NCBI GenBank assembly: GCA_963812415.1
Contig: CAWEVH010000026.1
Location: forward strand, 68,973-132,972
DNA from: an uncultured Thermoleophilaceae bacterium
Lineage (GTDB): Bacteria; Actinomycetota; Thermoleophilia; Solirubrobacterales; Thermoleophilaceae
DNA length: 64,000 nt
Direction of reading: 5' to 3'
Below are positions 48,289 through 57,272 of this stretch, piece by piece (the first letter of the stretch is position 1; every line of letters begins with the position of its first letter). The notes beneath the pieces are model-generated. The model worked only from the letters and a program-made list of their open reading frames with translations. It was not told the DNA's origin and made no database searches. The position numbers and the translations under genes are program-made.

Positions 48289-48677
48289 GCGCGCCGCGCG
48301 ATCACGCCGTCGGCCCAGCGGCGCAGGCGGTCGGGCAGCGGGCGGCCGAGAAGCGAGCGATGCTCGGCGACCCAGCGGTAGCCGCGCTTCGAGGCGCCCG
48401 GCAAGCGCTCGCTCAGCCGGGCGAGCGGACGCCCGCCCGGTACGAGATCGAAGACATCGGGCAGGGCGTCGCCGCCGGAGCGGACGGCTCCATCCTGGCC
48501 CACCAGGTGCCACGAGGCCATCCGCTCACCCTCCGGCATGGCCGCCAGCAGGTCATCCGCCTCGGCGCCCCCGAGCGGAACGGGCCGGAGCCGGCCGCGC
48601 GTGTCCCAGGACAGGAGCGCGGCCATGCTGACCCGGCAGAAGCCGCAGTCGGGGTCGTAGAGGATCGGCGCCGCCAA
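48285..48677 (-). CDS. DCC-family thiol-disulfide oxidoreductase (DUF393)
   Basis: Tail of track ORF 48285..48947, starting at TTG 48677: LAAPILYDPDCGFCRVSMAALL (CxxC). Confidence 0.75.
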   Translation of the reverse strand: MAAPILYDPDCGFCRVSMAALLSWDTRGRLRPVPLGGAEADDLLAAMPEGERMASWHLVGQDGAVRSGGDALPDVFDLVPGGRPLARLSERLPGASKRGYRWVAEHRSLLGRPLPDRLRRWADGVIARRA

Positions 48678-48721
48678 TGATCTGGGTTCGGTCAGGACGC
48701 CCGGAAGTCTGGCGTTTCCGA

Positions 48722-50596
48722 TCAGCTCGGGGAGGCGTCCGGGCGCTTCAACGCCTGATCGACGTCGCGGTACTCCTCCACCCGCACGATGCGGGCATCG
48801 CGGACCTGGACGGCGTAGGTCTCCCGTACGTCGACCGCGATCCCGCTGCCGCGCCCCCGAAGCCGGGCGCTCCACGGAACGATGACCCAGTCGCCACGCT
48901 CGATGAAGTCCTCGAACTCCATGACCCCGGCGAAGCGGTCCTCCCACGGCTCCCTGAGGGAGTCGACAAAGCGATGAAGGCCCGCGAGCCCTCGATAGAC
49001 CTGCGGGTCGGGCTCGTCATCCGCGGTGTGCCATTCCGCGTCCGCGTCGTGCGCGGCGAACGCCGTGTCGAAGTCGCCGCTGCCGAAGGCCTCGAGGCTG
49101 CGCCGCACGATCTCGACGTTCTCGCTGGGGCGCGCGGGTGTGGCTCGGGGGCGTCGCTGGGGTCGCGCCACAACGAGGTAGGCTAGCCCCAGGACGGCGA
49201 TCAGCGCCAGCACGAGCGGCGCGGCCCAGACCTGGTACCAGGGAGCGCCCGGCGGTGCGAGCGACTCGCGCGGCCAGGCGATGTTGACCGTCTCGAACCC
49301 GAGCCAGGCCACGGCCAGAGCGTTGATCGCCATGCCGGCGCGCCCGAGCCGAACGCGACCGGCGGGCCGCCAGCGGCCGCGCACGCGCGCCGTCAGCGCC
49401 GCCAGGGCGATCAGCAGGAAGGCCACGTAGATGGCCGCCGTGCCGAACGTGATCAGACTGCCCACCGCAGCCGAGCTGAGCCCGAGCAGCAGGCCGAGGC
49501 AGGCGATCAGCGCGGTCAGCGCCACGGCCGGGAGCGGTGAGCGTCGCGAGTCGACTCGCCGCAGGATGCGCGAGCCCGGCAGCACGCCGTCGCGGGCGAT
49601 CGAGTAGATCCCCCGCGCCGTCAGGCCCTGCGCGGCCATGCCGCAGGCCAGGAACGCGACGAGCACCACGGCGGCGAACGGCTTGGCGGACCAGGAGCCG
49701 AAGGAGCTGACGACCGCCGTCGAGATCGGATCGAGGTCATCGCCGGCCACGACGGCGGCGGGGTTCGGATGCGCGAGCGTGGCCGCGACCGCGTTGAGGA
49801 TGACGAGCGCGCCGACGCTCAGGAGCGCCACCCAGATCGCTCGCGGCACGTGGCGCGCGGCGGTGCGAGTCTCCTCGGCGGCCGAGACGCAGGCGTCGAA
49901 CCCGATGAACACCCAGCCCCCGACCGCCAGCGCGGCCAGCATGCCGGCCGAGGTCGATCCGCCCGACAGCGCCTCCGCCCCGAGCGACTCGCTGAGGATC
50001 GACACGTCCTGCTCGCGGAACACGAGCAGCAGGGCCAGGCCGATGCCCACGGAGGCGACGACCTCGGCCGTCACGCCCGCCTTCACCGCCCAGCTGAGCG
50101 GCCGGATGCCGAGGGCGCCGACCAGCGCGCAGATGACTACGAGCACCATGCCCATGAGCACCAGCGCATTCGCCGTCGGGTCGATCTCCAGCAGGGTCAG
50201 GGCCCAGGGCGCCCCGAGATAGGCGATCGTGGTGTTCGCGACCGCGTACGCGCACACCGCGACCCAGCCGGCGAACCAGCCGTACGCGGGCCCGACCAGG
50301 CGGCGCGTCCACTGATAGGCGCCGCCGGCAAGCGGGAACTCCGAGGCCAGCTCGGCGTAGACGGCCAGCAGCAGGCACTGCCCCGCCAGCGCGACCGGGA
50401 GCACCCACACCCAGGCCGGTCCCGCCACCGTCGTGCCGACGAGCACCACGGCGTACAGCCCCACCACGGGGGAGATCGCCGCAAAGCCGAGCGCGACGTT
50501 GTCGACCAGGCGCAGACGCCGCTCGAGCTCCTGCGGATAGCCGAGCTCACGCAGGCGCGCAGCGTCGGCGTCGACCGGCGCCGCCGCGGAGCTCAC
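48722..50596 (-). CDS. APC-family amino-acid permease with an in-frame C-terminal SnoaL/NTF2-like domain
   Basis: Part of track ORF 48722..51496, starting at GTG 50596, which overlaps the regulator stop (GTGA). About 12 TM helices run up to ...LALIAVLGLAYLVVARPQRR. With no stop it continues as ...SENVEIVRRSLEAFGSGDFDTAFAAHDADAEWH...VRDARIVRVEEYRD. Length is 1875 nt, exactly 625 codons. Confidence 0.7.
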   Translation of the reverse strand: MSSAAAPVDADAARLRELGYPQELERRLRLVDNVALGFAAISPVVGLYAVVLVGTTVAGPAWVWVLPVALAGQCLLLAVYAELASEFPLAGGAYQWTRRLVGPAYGWFAGWVAVCAYAVANTTIAYLGAPWALTLLEIDPTANALVLMGMVLVVICALVGALGIRPLSWAVKAGVTAEVVASVGIGLALLLVFREQDVSILSESLGAEALSGGSTSAGMLAALAVGGWVFIGFDACVSAAEETRTAARHVPRAIWVALLSVGALVILNAVAATLAHPNPAAVVAGDDLDPISTAVVSSFGSWSAKPFAAVVLVAFLACGMAAQGLTARGIYSIARDGVLPGSRILRRVDSRRSPLPAVALTALIACLGLLLGLSSAAVGSLITFGTAAIYVAFLLIALAALTARVRGRWRPAGRVRLGRAGMAINALAVAWLGFETVNIAWPRESLAPPGAPWYQVWAAPLVLALIAVLGLAYLVVARPQRRPRATPARPSENVEIVRRSLEAFGSGDFDTAFAAHDADAEWHTADDEPDPQVYRGLAGLHRFVDSLREPWEDRFAGVMEFEDFIERGDWVIVPWSARLRGRGSGIAVDVRETYAVQVRDARIVRVEEYRDVDQALKRPDASPS

Positions 50597-53519
50597 GGCG
50601 CGTCCACAAGCCCCGGCCGCTCTCGGCGATCCTGTTCGACGATGCGGGCCACCTCCACCCGGGACGATGCTCCGAGCTTCACGAAGATGTTGCGGATGTG
50701 CGTCTCGATCGTCTTCTTGCTGAGGAACAGCTTGTCGGCGATCTGCGGGTTGGTCAGCCGATCGGTGATGAGCTCGGCGATCTCGAGCTCGCGCTTGGTC
50801 AGGGACCCGACGCCCGAGTCCTCGCCCGTCGCGGGCCCGCGCACCTCCGCGCGCGCGCCGAGCTTGCGCAGCTCGCGCCTCGCCTCGTCGCGCACGCGGA
50901 GCGACCGGCATCGGTCGAGCGCCTCCTCGGCCTGGCGAAGCACCGCGACGGCCTCCGGCCGCTGGTCTAGGGCGGCGAGCGCCTTGCCCTGGATCATGAG
51001 CGCGTAGGCGGCGGGCAGGCGCGCGCCGAGCCCTTCGAGCTCCGCCGCCGACTGCGCGGCGGCCTCGGCTGCCCCCGCCGCGTCCTCGCTCGCCAGCAGC
51101 AGCGCCGCCCGGCCACGCCGGGCCAGGGCGGTGGGAAGCGCGAGGCCGAGGCGGGCGGCCTGCTCCTCGGCCAGATCCACGTAGCGGGCGGCCGCGTCGA
51201 GGTCTGAGCGGGCGAGCTCGACCGTGGCGAGCTCCTCCCAGTAGAAACAGCGCTCGACGGGTATGGCGTGCTCGAGGTCCCCGCCGCCGATGGCCTCCAC
51301 CACCTCGAACCCGCGCTCGAGGTCCCCGCGCTCGAAGAGCGCCGACGCCAGCGGCCAGCCGGGCCCGCCGCTGGCCGCCGGCATTGTGCTGCCCGCCAGC
51401 CGGCCACCCACGCGATGGCTCTCCTCGCAGAGGTCGACCGCCTCGTCGAGGTTGCCGAGGTAGTAGTGCGCCCAGGCAAGCTCGAAGAGTGCCCACGACA
51501 GGTTGTGCGGGTTGCCGGACAGGCGCGCGCCTTCCACGGCCGCCTCGGTCACCTCGAGCGCCTCGGTCATCCGGCCCTGGATCTCGAACGGGTAGCCCTT
51601 GACCAGCATCAGGGGAAGCAGCAGGCGTCCCTGACCAGCCGAGCGCGCGATCTCGATTCCGCGGTCGGCGTGGGCGATCGCCTCGTCGTAGTGCTCGAGG
51701 TAGTTCTCGGCCCAGCCCAGGTAGTAGAGCGCCTCCAGGCGGGGCGCGAGCTCGGCGTCCGAGAGCCGGTCGACGTACTCGAGCGCCTCGGCGCGGTGCT
51801 CCTTTGCCGCGGCGATGTCACCGACGGCGGCCTCGCCCAGGCAGAGGGCCGACACGGCGGCAGCGATCAGGGCTTCGTCGCCCAACGCATGCGCGGTGTC
51901 GCGAGCGCCGCGGCCCATCGCGAGCGTCTGCTCGAAGTCGCGTTCGTAGAGCCCGTCGATGCTGAGCTCGATCTGGAGCGCCGCGGCCGCGGGTGTCGAG
52001 CGGTCGGGCACCTCATCCCAGGCACGCGTCAGCCGCACGTGGGCCTCGTCGTGCCGGCCCTGCCAGTGCTCGACGGCGGCGCACCGGGTCGTCAGCTCCA
52101 CCCGGCGGACGACGGAGTCGGGCGGGAGCAGGTCGATGGCCTCGAGCAGCGTGCTGCGGCAGCGCTCGAGCTCGCCCACCGACCGCAGCGCGGAGGCGAG
52201 TTCCGCCCGCACCGACACCTGCCGATCCGTGTCGCCGCTCGGCAAGAGGCGCAGCGCCGCCTCGAACCAGCGAGCCGCGGCCTCCGGAGCCCGGGCGTTG
52301 GCGGACCTCCCCGCCTCGAGCAGGAGCTCGATCGCCGCCTCGTCGCCCTGCCGCGCCGACTGCTCCACGTGGTGGGCGCGCTCGGTGGCCTGTGCCCCCC
52401 GGGCAGCGAGGAGCTCCGCGGCGCGCGCATGCGCCGCAAGCCGCCAGCCGGCGCGTGACGAGTCGTACACCGCGCGCCGCACGAGCGGATGGCGGAAGGC
52501 GAACCGGCGCGGCACCCGGGTGGGCCGAACGAGGTCCAGGTCGAGCAGGTCGTCGAGCGCCTCGAGGGCTTGGTCGGTCTCGACGTCCGCGATCGCCCCG
52601 GCGAGGTCGGGCTCGAACGGCTCGCCGGCCACGGCCGCGGCCTCCAAGAGCCGCCGCGGGGCGTCCTGCCAGCGCGGCGAGCTCTCCGGCGATTGCGCCC
52701 GCCACCGCCGGCGGGACGCCCCCGTTGCCCTCGCCGCCAACGTCGGTCGTGGCAAGGTCGCCCTCCTGCGCCGCGCGGCCCAGCTGCTCGAGATAGAAGG
52801 GGTTGCCGCCTCCGTGGCTGTAGGCGGCGGCCACCGCCGCCGGGTCGAGCCCGTCGAGGAGCTGCCTGGCCTCGTCCGGACCGAGCTGGGCGAGATCGAG
52901 CCTCGTGACCGTCGGCGCCGTGAGGGGGCCGGCCAGCCGCTGCGCGGCGGGGCCGGGGCGAAAGCCCAGCGCCAGCAGCACGGGACCGGTCGGGGAGCGG
53001 CGCGCCAGCGCGGCGATCAGCTCGAGCGAGGCGCCGTCGCTCCAGTGCAGGTCGTCGAGGATCACGACGAGCGGCTGGGGCTCGGCTATCAGGGCGAGCA
53101 GGCGCGTGACGGCGCGGTGTGCGCGGTAGCGCTCGTCCGGCAGCGCGCCCGCGCCTCCATCGGCGCCGCCGAGCGAGGGCAACACCTGGGCCGAGCTCCT
53201 CCGCCAGGGCGGCATCCCAGGCCGCGTGGCTCTCGAAGTCCTGTGAGACCACATAGGCGTCGAGGGCGTCGACCCAGACGCTGAACGGCAGCTCGCGCTC
53301 GAACTCCGCCGCGGCGCCCGAGAGCACGACGCAGCCGCGCTCCTCTCCCCGTCGCCGCAGCTCGTCCAGCAGCCGGGTCTTGCCGATGCCCGCCTCGCCC
53401 TCGAAGGTCAGGAAGCGCGCCTCGCCGTCGCCGAGCGCGTCGAGCGCCGCCTCGATCTGCGTGAGCTCGCGCTCGCGACCGATCGTCGTGGCCCGGCCGG
53501 GACTCGACCCTCGCTCCAC
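50593..53519 (-). pseudogene. Large ATP-binding LuxR-family regulator (LAL/MalT-like: AAA ATPase, TPR-like region, LuxR HTH); two frame breaks (near 53188..53193 and 52665..52672)
   Basis: Pieces lie in three frames. ORF 52092..53519 has GEAGIGKTRLL (Walker A). ORF 52013..53254 has PLVVILDDLHWSD (Walker B). ORF 50593..52755 has the long helical repeat region and LTKRELEIAELITDRLTNPQIADKLFLSKKTIETHIRNIF. Length is 2927 nt, a multiple of 3 plus 2. Confidence 0.85.
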
Positions 53520-53536
53520 GGGGCGAGCATACGCCC

Positions 53537-53579
53537 CAGGGTGCGGTTCAGGGTGTCGGTTCAGGGCGCCCGCCCGATG
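53537..53579 (+). promoter_or_regulatory. TCAGGG direct-repeat element, copy A (LAL regulator / MMPL divergent spacer)
   Basis: CAGGGTG at 53537, TCAGGGTG at 53548 and TCAGGGCG at 53561 (spacings 12 and 13 nt), followed by CCCGATG starting 11 nt after the C of the last CAGGG. It lies 18 nt from the regulator start codon. Confidence 0.5.
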
Positions 53580-53639
53580 TCCCCACCCCGGCTCGACATC
53601 GACATTGCCGCTGTTCGATCAACAGCCAAAGGGGAAGCC

Positions 53640-55833
53640 GTGCAAGCACCGAGCAACATCACCGCAAGGATTGGGCGCTGGAGCGTCCAGCATCGTAAGA
53701 AGGCCATCTTCGGATGGCTGGCGTTCGTGCTCATCTCGATGGCGGTGGGATTCAACGTCCTGCCGCAGAAGCAGATCGACCCGAAGGCGGCGGGTCCAGG
53801 CGAGTCCGGCGAGGCCGCCAAGGTCATCGACGGCGCCTTCGAGGACAAGTCCAGCGAGCAGGTGCTGGTACAGAGCAGCGAGCTCACGGCCGGCGACGCC
53901 CGGTTCAAGGCGGCCGTCGCCGACGTGACCGAGCGCCTCGAGGGCACGAAGGGCGTGGACGACGTCGTCGGTCCCTACGACGGCGGCAGGGCAGATCTCG
54001 GCGGACGGGCATTCCGCGCTCGTGACGTTCGAGCTGCCGGGCGACTCCACCACGACCAAGAAGACGGTCGTGGATTCGCTGGCCGCCGTGGACGCGGCCG
54101 CGAAGGCGCATCCGGAGCTTCGGATCGAGGAGACGGGCGACGCCAGCATCACCAAGGCGACGCTCGACAAGAGCAACGAGGAGATGGGCAAGTCCACCTG
54201 CTCACGCTCCCGCTCACGCTGATCATCCTGGTGTTCACGTTCGGCGCGCTGGTGGCGGCGGGTATCCCGGTGCTGCTCGCACTCACGAGCGTGGGCGCCA
54301 CGCTCGGGCTGCTCGGACCGGTCAGCCAGATCGCGCCGGTTAGACGCATCGGTCATGCACGTGGTCCTGCTCGTCGGCATGGCCGTGGGCGTGGACTACA
54401 GCCTGTTCTACCTCAAGCGCGAGCGCGAGGAGCGGGCCGCCGGGCGCGAGAAGGACGCAGCCATCGAGGCCGCCGCCGCGACCTCGGGGCGTGCGGTCGT
54501 GATCTCCGGCCTGACCGTGATGGTCGCGATGGCCGGCATGTACCTGGGCGGGATCTCGAATTTCGCCTCGTTCGCGACCGGCACGATCATGGTCGTGGCC
54601 GTCGCCGTCGCCGGCTCCCTGACCGTCCTGCCCGCCGTGCTCTCGAAGCTCGGCGACCGGGTCGAGAGGGGCCGCGTCCCGTTCGTCGGGCGCATCAAGA
54701 GTCGAGTCGGCGGAGCGGGCCTGTGGTCGCGCTTCCTGGACCGGGTGCTGCGGCGCCCGCTTGTCTCGGCGCTCGTGTCCGCGGGCCTGCTGGTGGCGCT
54801 CGCGGTGCCGGCGCTCGGCATGCAGACCTCGCTTGGCGGCAACGAGGACATCTCGCGTGACCTCCAGGTGATGCAGACCTACGACCGCATCCAGGCCGCC
54901 TTCCCGAGCGAGGGCAGCGCGGAGATGGTCGTGGTGAAGGCCGATGACGTGACCTCGACGGCCGTGGTCTCGGCGATCGACTCGCTCGAGTCGAAGGCCG
55001 CCGAGCGCCCGGGCCTGTTCGAGGGCGAGGCGACCGTCGAGATGAGCTCGGATCAGACGGTCGCAATGGTGACGCTGCCCACCACGGGCACCGGCACCGA
55101 CGAGCGCTCGAACCGGGCCGTGGATGCCCTGCGCGACGACCTCGTGCCCTCCACCCTCGGCGAGCTGGACGGCGTCGAGGCCTACACGACCGGCGAGGCC
55201 GCCGCCACCGGCGACTTCAACGACGCGATGATCGGCAACCTGCCGTACGTGTTCGCCTTCGTGCTCTCGGCGGCGTTCCTGCTGCTGCTGGTCACGTTCC
55301 GGTCACTGGTGGTGCCGATCAAGGCGATCGTGCTCAACCTGCTGTCCGTCGGCTCCGCCTACGGGCTGCTGGTGCTGGTGTTCCAGTCGGAGTGGGCCGA
55401 GGGTCTGCTCGGCTTCGAGGGCAACGGGGCCATCGCGGCCTGGCTGCCGCTGTTCCTGTTCGTGATCCTCTTCGGACTCTCGATGGACTACCACGTGTTC
55501 ATCGTGAGCCGGATCCGCGAGGCGTTCGATCGCGGGATGAAGACCGAGGACGCGGTCGCGGACGGGATCAAGAGCACCGCCGGCGTGGTCACGAGCGCTG
55601 CGATCGTGATGGTCGCCGTGTTCTCGATGTTCGCGCTCTCGTCCGAGCTGCAGATGAAGCAGATGGGCGTCGGCCTGGCGGCCGCGGTGCTGATCGACGC
55701 GACGATCATCCGCGGCGTGCTGCTGCCCTCCGCGATGAAGCTGCTCGGCGACCGCAACTGGTGGCTTCCGAAGCGCCTCAGCTGGCTGCCGAAGCTCCGT
55801 CACGAGCCGGAGGTGGTGCCCGCTAAGGCCTAG
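53640..55833 (+). pseudogene. MMPL/RND-superfamily membrane transporter; three frame breaks (near 53981..53991, 54190..54195, 54338..54344)
   Basis: Pieces: ORF 53541..54860 (ARIGRWSVQHRKKAIFGWLAFVLISMAVG...), ORF 54022..54222 (VTFELPGDSTTTKKTVVDSL...), back to the first frame (HLLTLPLTLIILVFTFGALVAAGIPVLLAL), then ORF 54355..55833 (MHVVLLVGMAVGVDYSLFYLKRERE...GLSMDYHVFIVSRIRE...). Start is GTG 53640 after AAAGGGGAAG, or ATG 53577. Confidence 0.85.
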
Positions 55834-55856
55834 TTCAAGCGACATCCACGCACGAT

Positions 55857-55890
55857 CCGGCGCCCGCCACCCGGCGGGCGCCGGTCTGTT
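55857..55890 (+). terminator. Intrinsic-terminator-like hairpin after the MMPL gene
   Basis: CCGGCGCCCGCC (55857..55868), loop ACCC, GGCGGGCGCCGG (55873..55884): a perfect 12-bp stem followed by TCTGTT. Confidence 0.65.
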
Positions 55891-55914
55891 CGGGGGGGCC
55901 GATGCCGCCTCCCT

Positions 55915-55967
55915 CAGGGCAATCTTTCAGGGTCGACGTGGGCTCGAATCAGGGTGACCGCCCGATG
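55915..55967 (+). promoter_or_regulatory. TCAGGG direct-repeat element, copy B
   Basis: TCAGGG at 55914, 55927 and 55949, then TGACCGCCCGATGA. CCCGATG again starts 11 nt after the C of the last CAGGG. It sits 33 nt upstream of ATG 56000. Confidence 0.5.
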
Positions 55968-55999
55968 ATCGCGGGCGGCTTGGAGAGCACGATCTCCCC

Positions 56000-56203
56000 A
56001 TGTCCGCAATCGAGATGCAAACCCAGCTTCAGGAGCTCCAGGCAGAGCGCGCGCTCGCGTCGCTCGAGGGGCTCGCCGACCTCGACTCCTACATGTCCGA
56101 TCTCGACCACGAGATCGCCGTGACGCGCCACGCGTACGTCGGGGCGGCCGTGACCGAGATCGCCACCCTGCGGGCCCAGCTGTCCGGGCCCCAGGTGGGA
56201 TGA
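56000..56203 (+). CDS. Hypothetical small protein S1 (67 aa, coiled-coil-like)
   Basis: Track ORF 56000..56203: MSAIEMQTQLQELQAERALASLEGLADLDSYMSDLDHEIAV... Confidence 0.5.
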   Translation: MSAIEMQTQLQELQAERALASLEGLADLDSYMSDLDHEIAVTRHAYVGAAVTEIATLRAQLSGPQVG

Positions 56204-56213
56204 GGAGCGTCCG

Positions 56214-56396
56214 ATGGCTCCGCGCTTCTGGACCGTCAAGATCGGCGAGCGCGACTTCACCGTGGCCGCCGGAACCCGCGAGGCGGCAGAGAAGATCGCC
56301 GCTCAGCGCGCGCGGCAGCACGAGCGGCCGTCAGGCCCTTCGCGGAGCCGATATCAGGGTGGCTCAGGGTGCTGGTTCAGGGCCCGCACCCGATGA
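56214..56396 (+). CDS. Hypothetical small protein S2 (60 aa as given)
   Basis: ATG 56214 lies 6 nt after GAGGAG: MAPRFWTVKIGERDFTVAAGTREAAEKIAAQRA.... The 3-prime third overlaps element C, so the true end is uncertain. Confidence 0.4.
   Translation: MAPRFWTVKIGERDFTVAAGTREAAEKIAAQRARQHERPSGPSRSRYQGGSGCWFRARTR
56355..56395 (+). promoter_or_regulatory. TCAGGG direct-repeat element, copy C
   Basis: TCAGGG at 56354, 56364 and 56377 (plus a degenerate TCAGGC at 56330), then CCCGCACCCGATGA. CCCGATG again starts 11 nt after the C of the last CAGGG. It sits 33 nt upstream of ATG 56428. Confidence 0.5.
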
Positions 56397-56427
56397 TCCG
56401 ACGGGCTGGCGAGAGGACGATCGGAGC

Positions 56428-56670
56428 ATGGCGTTCTTCCTCCTCCACCACTCCCACGAGGCACACGAGTGCGCCGCCGCATTCGCCGCCTGGCAGGGCT
56501 TCGACAGCCCGCTGCGGCACCGCCTGGCGCCCTCGAGCTGCCTGACCGGCGGCCATGGCGTGTGGTGGCGGGTCGAGGCGCCGGACCGTGACGCGGCGCT
56601 CGCGCTGCTGCCCCGCTTCGTGGCCGAGCGGACCACGCCCATCTCGATCCGAGAGGTCCAGATCCCATGA
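56428..56670 (+). CDS. Hypothetical His/Cys-rich small protein S3 (80 aa)
   Basis: In frame inside track ORF 56200..56670: MAFFLLHHSHEAHECAAAFAAWQGFDSPLRHRLAPSSCLTGGHGVWWRVEAPDRDAALALLPRFVAERTTPISIREVQIP. It looks like a conserved actinobacterial protein of unknown function. Confidence 0.6.
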   Translation: MAFFLLHHSHEAHECAAAFAAWQGFDSPLRHRLAPSSCLTGGHGVWWRVEAPDRDAALALLPRFVAERTTPISIREVQIP

Positions 56671-56828
56671 CCAATCACGCTGCCCAGGTCCACGTCGACG
56701 TCCCGCTCGTCTACATCGAGTCCACGATTCCGGCGGGAATGACGATCGCCGACTACCGCCGCTCCCGTCCTCCGCGGCCGCGGCTCGCGCGCCGGCTGCG
56801 CTGTGCGATCTCCGGGAGGACCCGATGA
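56667..56828 (+). CDS. Hypothetical small protein S4 (53 aa), translationally coupled to S3
   Basis: ATG 56667 overlaps the S3 stop (ATGA). My own translation: MTNHAAQVHVDVPLVYIESTIPAGMTIADYRRSRPPRPRLARRLRCAISGRTR. It is below the track's size cutoff. Confidence 0.45.
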   Translation: MTNHAAQVHVDVPLVYIESTIPAGMTIADYRRSRPPRPRLARRLRCAISGRTR

Positions 56829-56925
56829 CCCTCAGCTCGGCCCTGCTCATGGCGCCGTCGGGACCGTGCTCGTGGCGCTGGTGGCGCGGCTCGTGCTCGG
56901 CCATGCTAGCGCGACCGCGGCCTGC

Positions 56926-57207
56926 TCACGGCGCCGTGACGCCGTGCTCCCTCAGGTAGTCGAGGTAGAACGGGCGCAGCAGCTCGGCCACCTCGCCGCG
57001 ACCGGAGTCCGTCAGGTCGTCGAGATGCGCCCTCAGGGTCGCCACATCCGCGCCCGCCTCGCGCATCTCACCCGCGCCGGCCTCGGCCACCGGCAGCACC
57101 TCCAGGAGGTTCCAGAAGAACTTGAGGTCGACGTGGCGGCGCGCGCGGCGCAGCGCGAGGTCGTGCAGCTCGGGCGTGGACAGGCGGTCGAGCTCGTCGT
57201 CGGTCAT
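56926..57207 (-). CDS. Hypothetical protein (93 aa)
   Basis: Tail of track ORF 56926..57660, starting at ATG 57207: MTDDELDRLSTPELHDLALRRARRHVDLKFFWNLLEVLPVAEA... Confidence 0.55.
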   Translation of the reverse strand: MTDDELDRLSTPELHDLALRRARRHVDLKFFWNLLEVLPVAEAGAGEMREAGADVATLRAHLDDLTDSGRGEVAELLRPFYLDYLREHGVTAP

Positions 57208-57272
57208 GGCCGCCCAGTGTGACCGATCGGCGCGCTCACTCCACGCCGCCGCTGCGTCGCGCCGCCCGCAGC

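Noticed and set aside
55965-56123. Upstream ORFs starting at the ATG inside the conserved CCCGATG of elements A, B and C
   Set aside because: The peptides downstream of the three ATGs share no similarity (MSPPRLDI, MIAGGLEST, MIRRAGERT). Those of B and C are Ser/Arg/Pro-rich and overlap S1 and S3 out of frame. Conservation is at the nucleotide level with indels.
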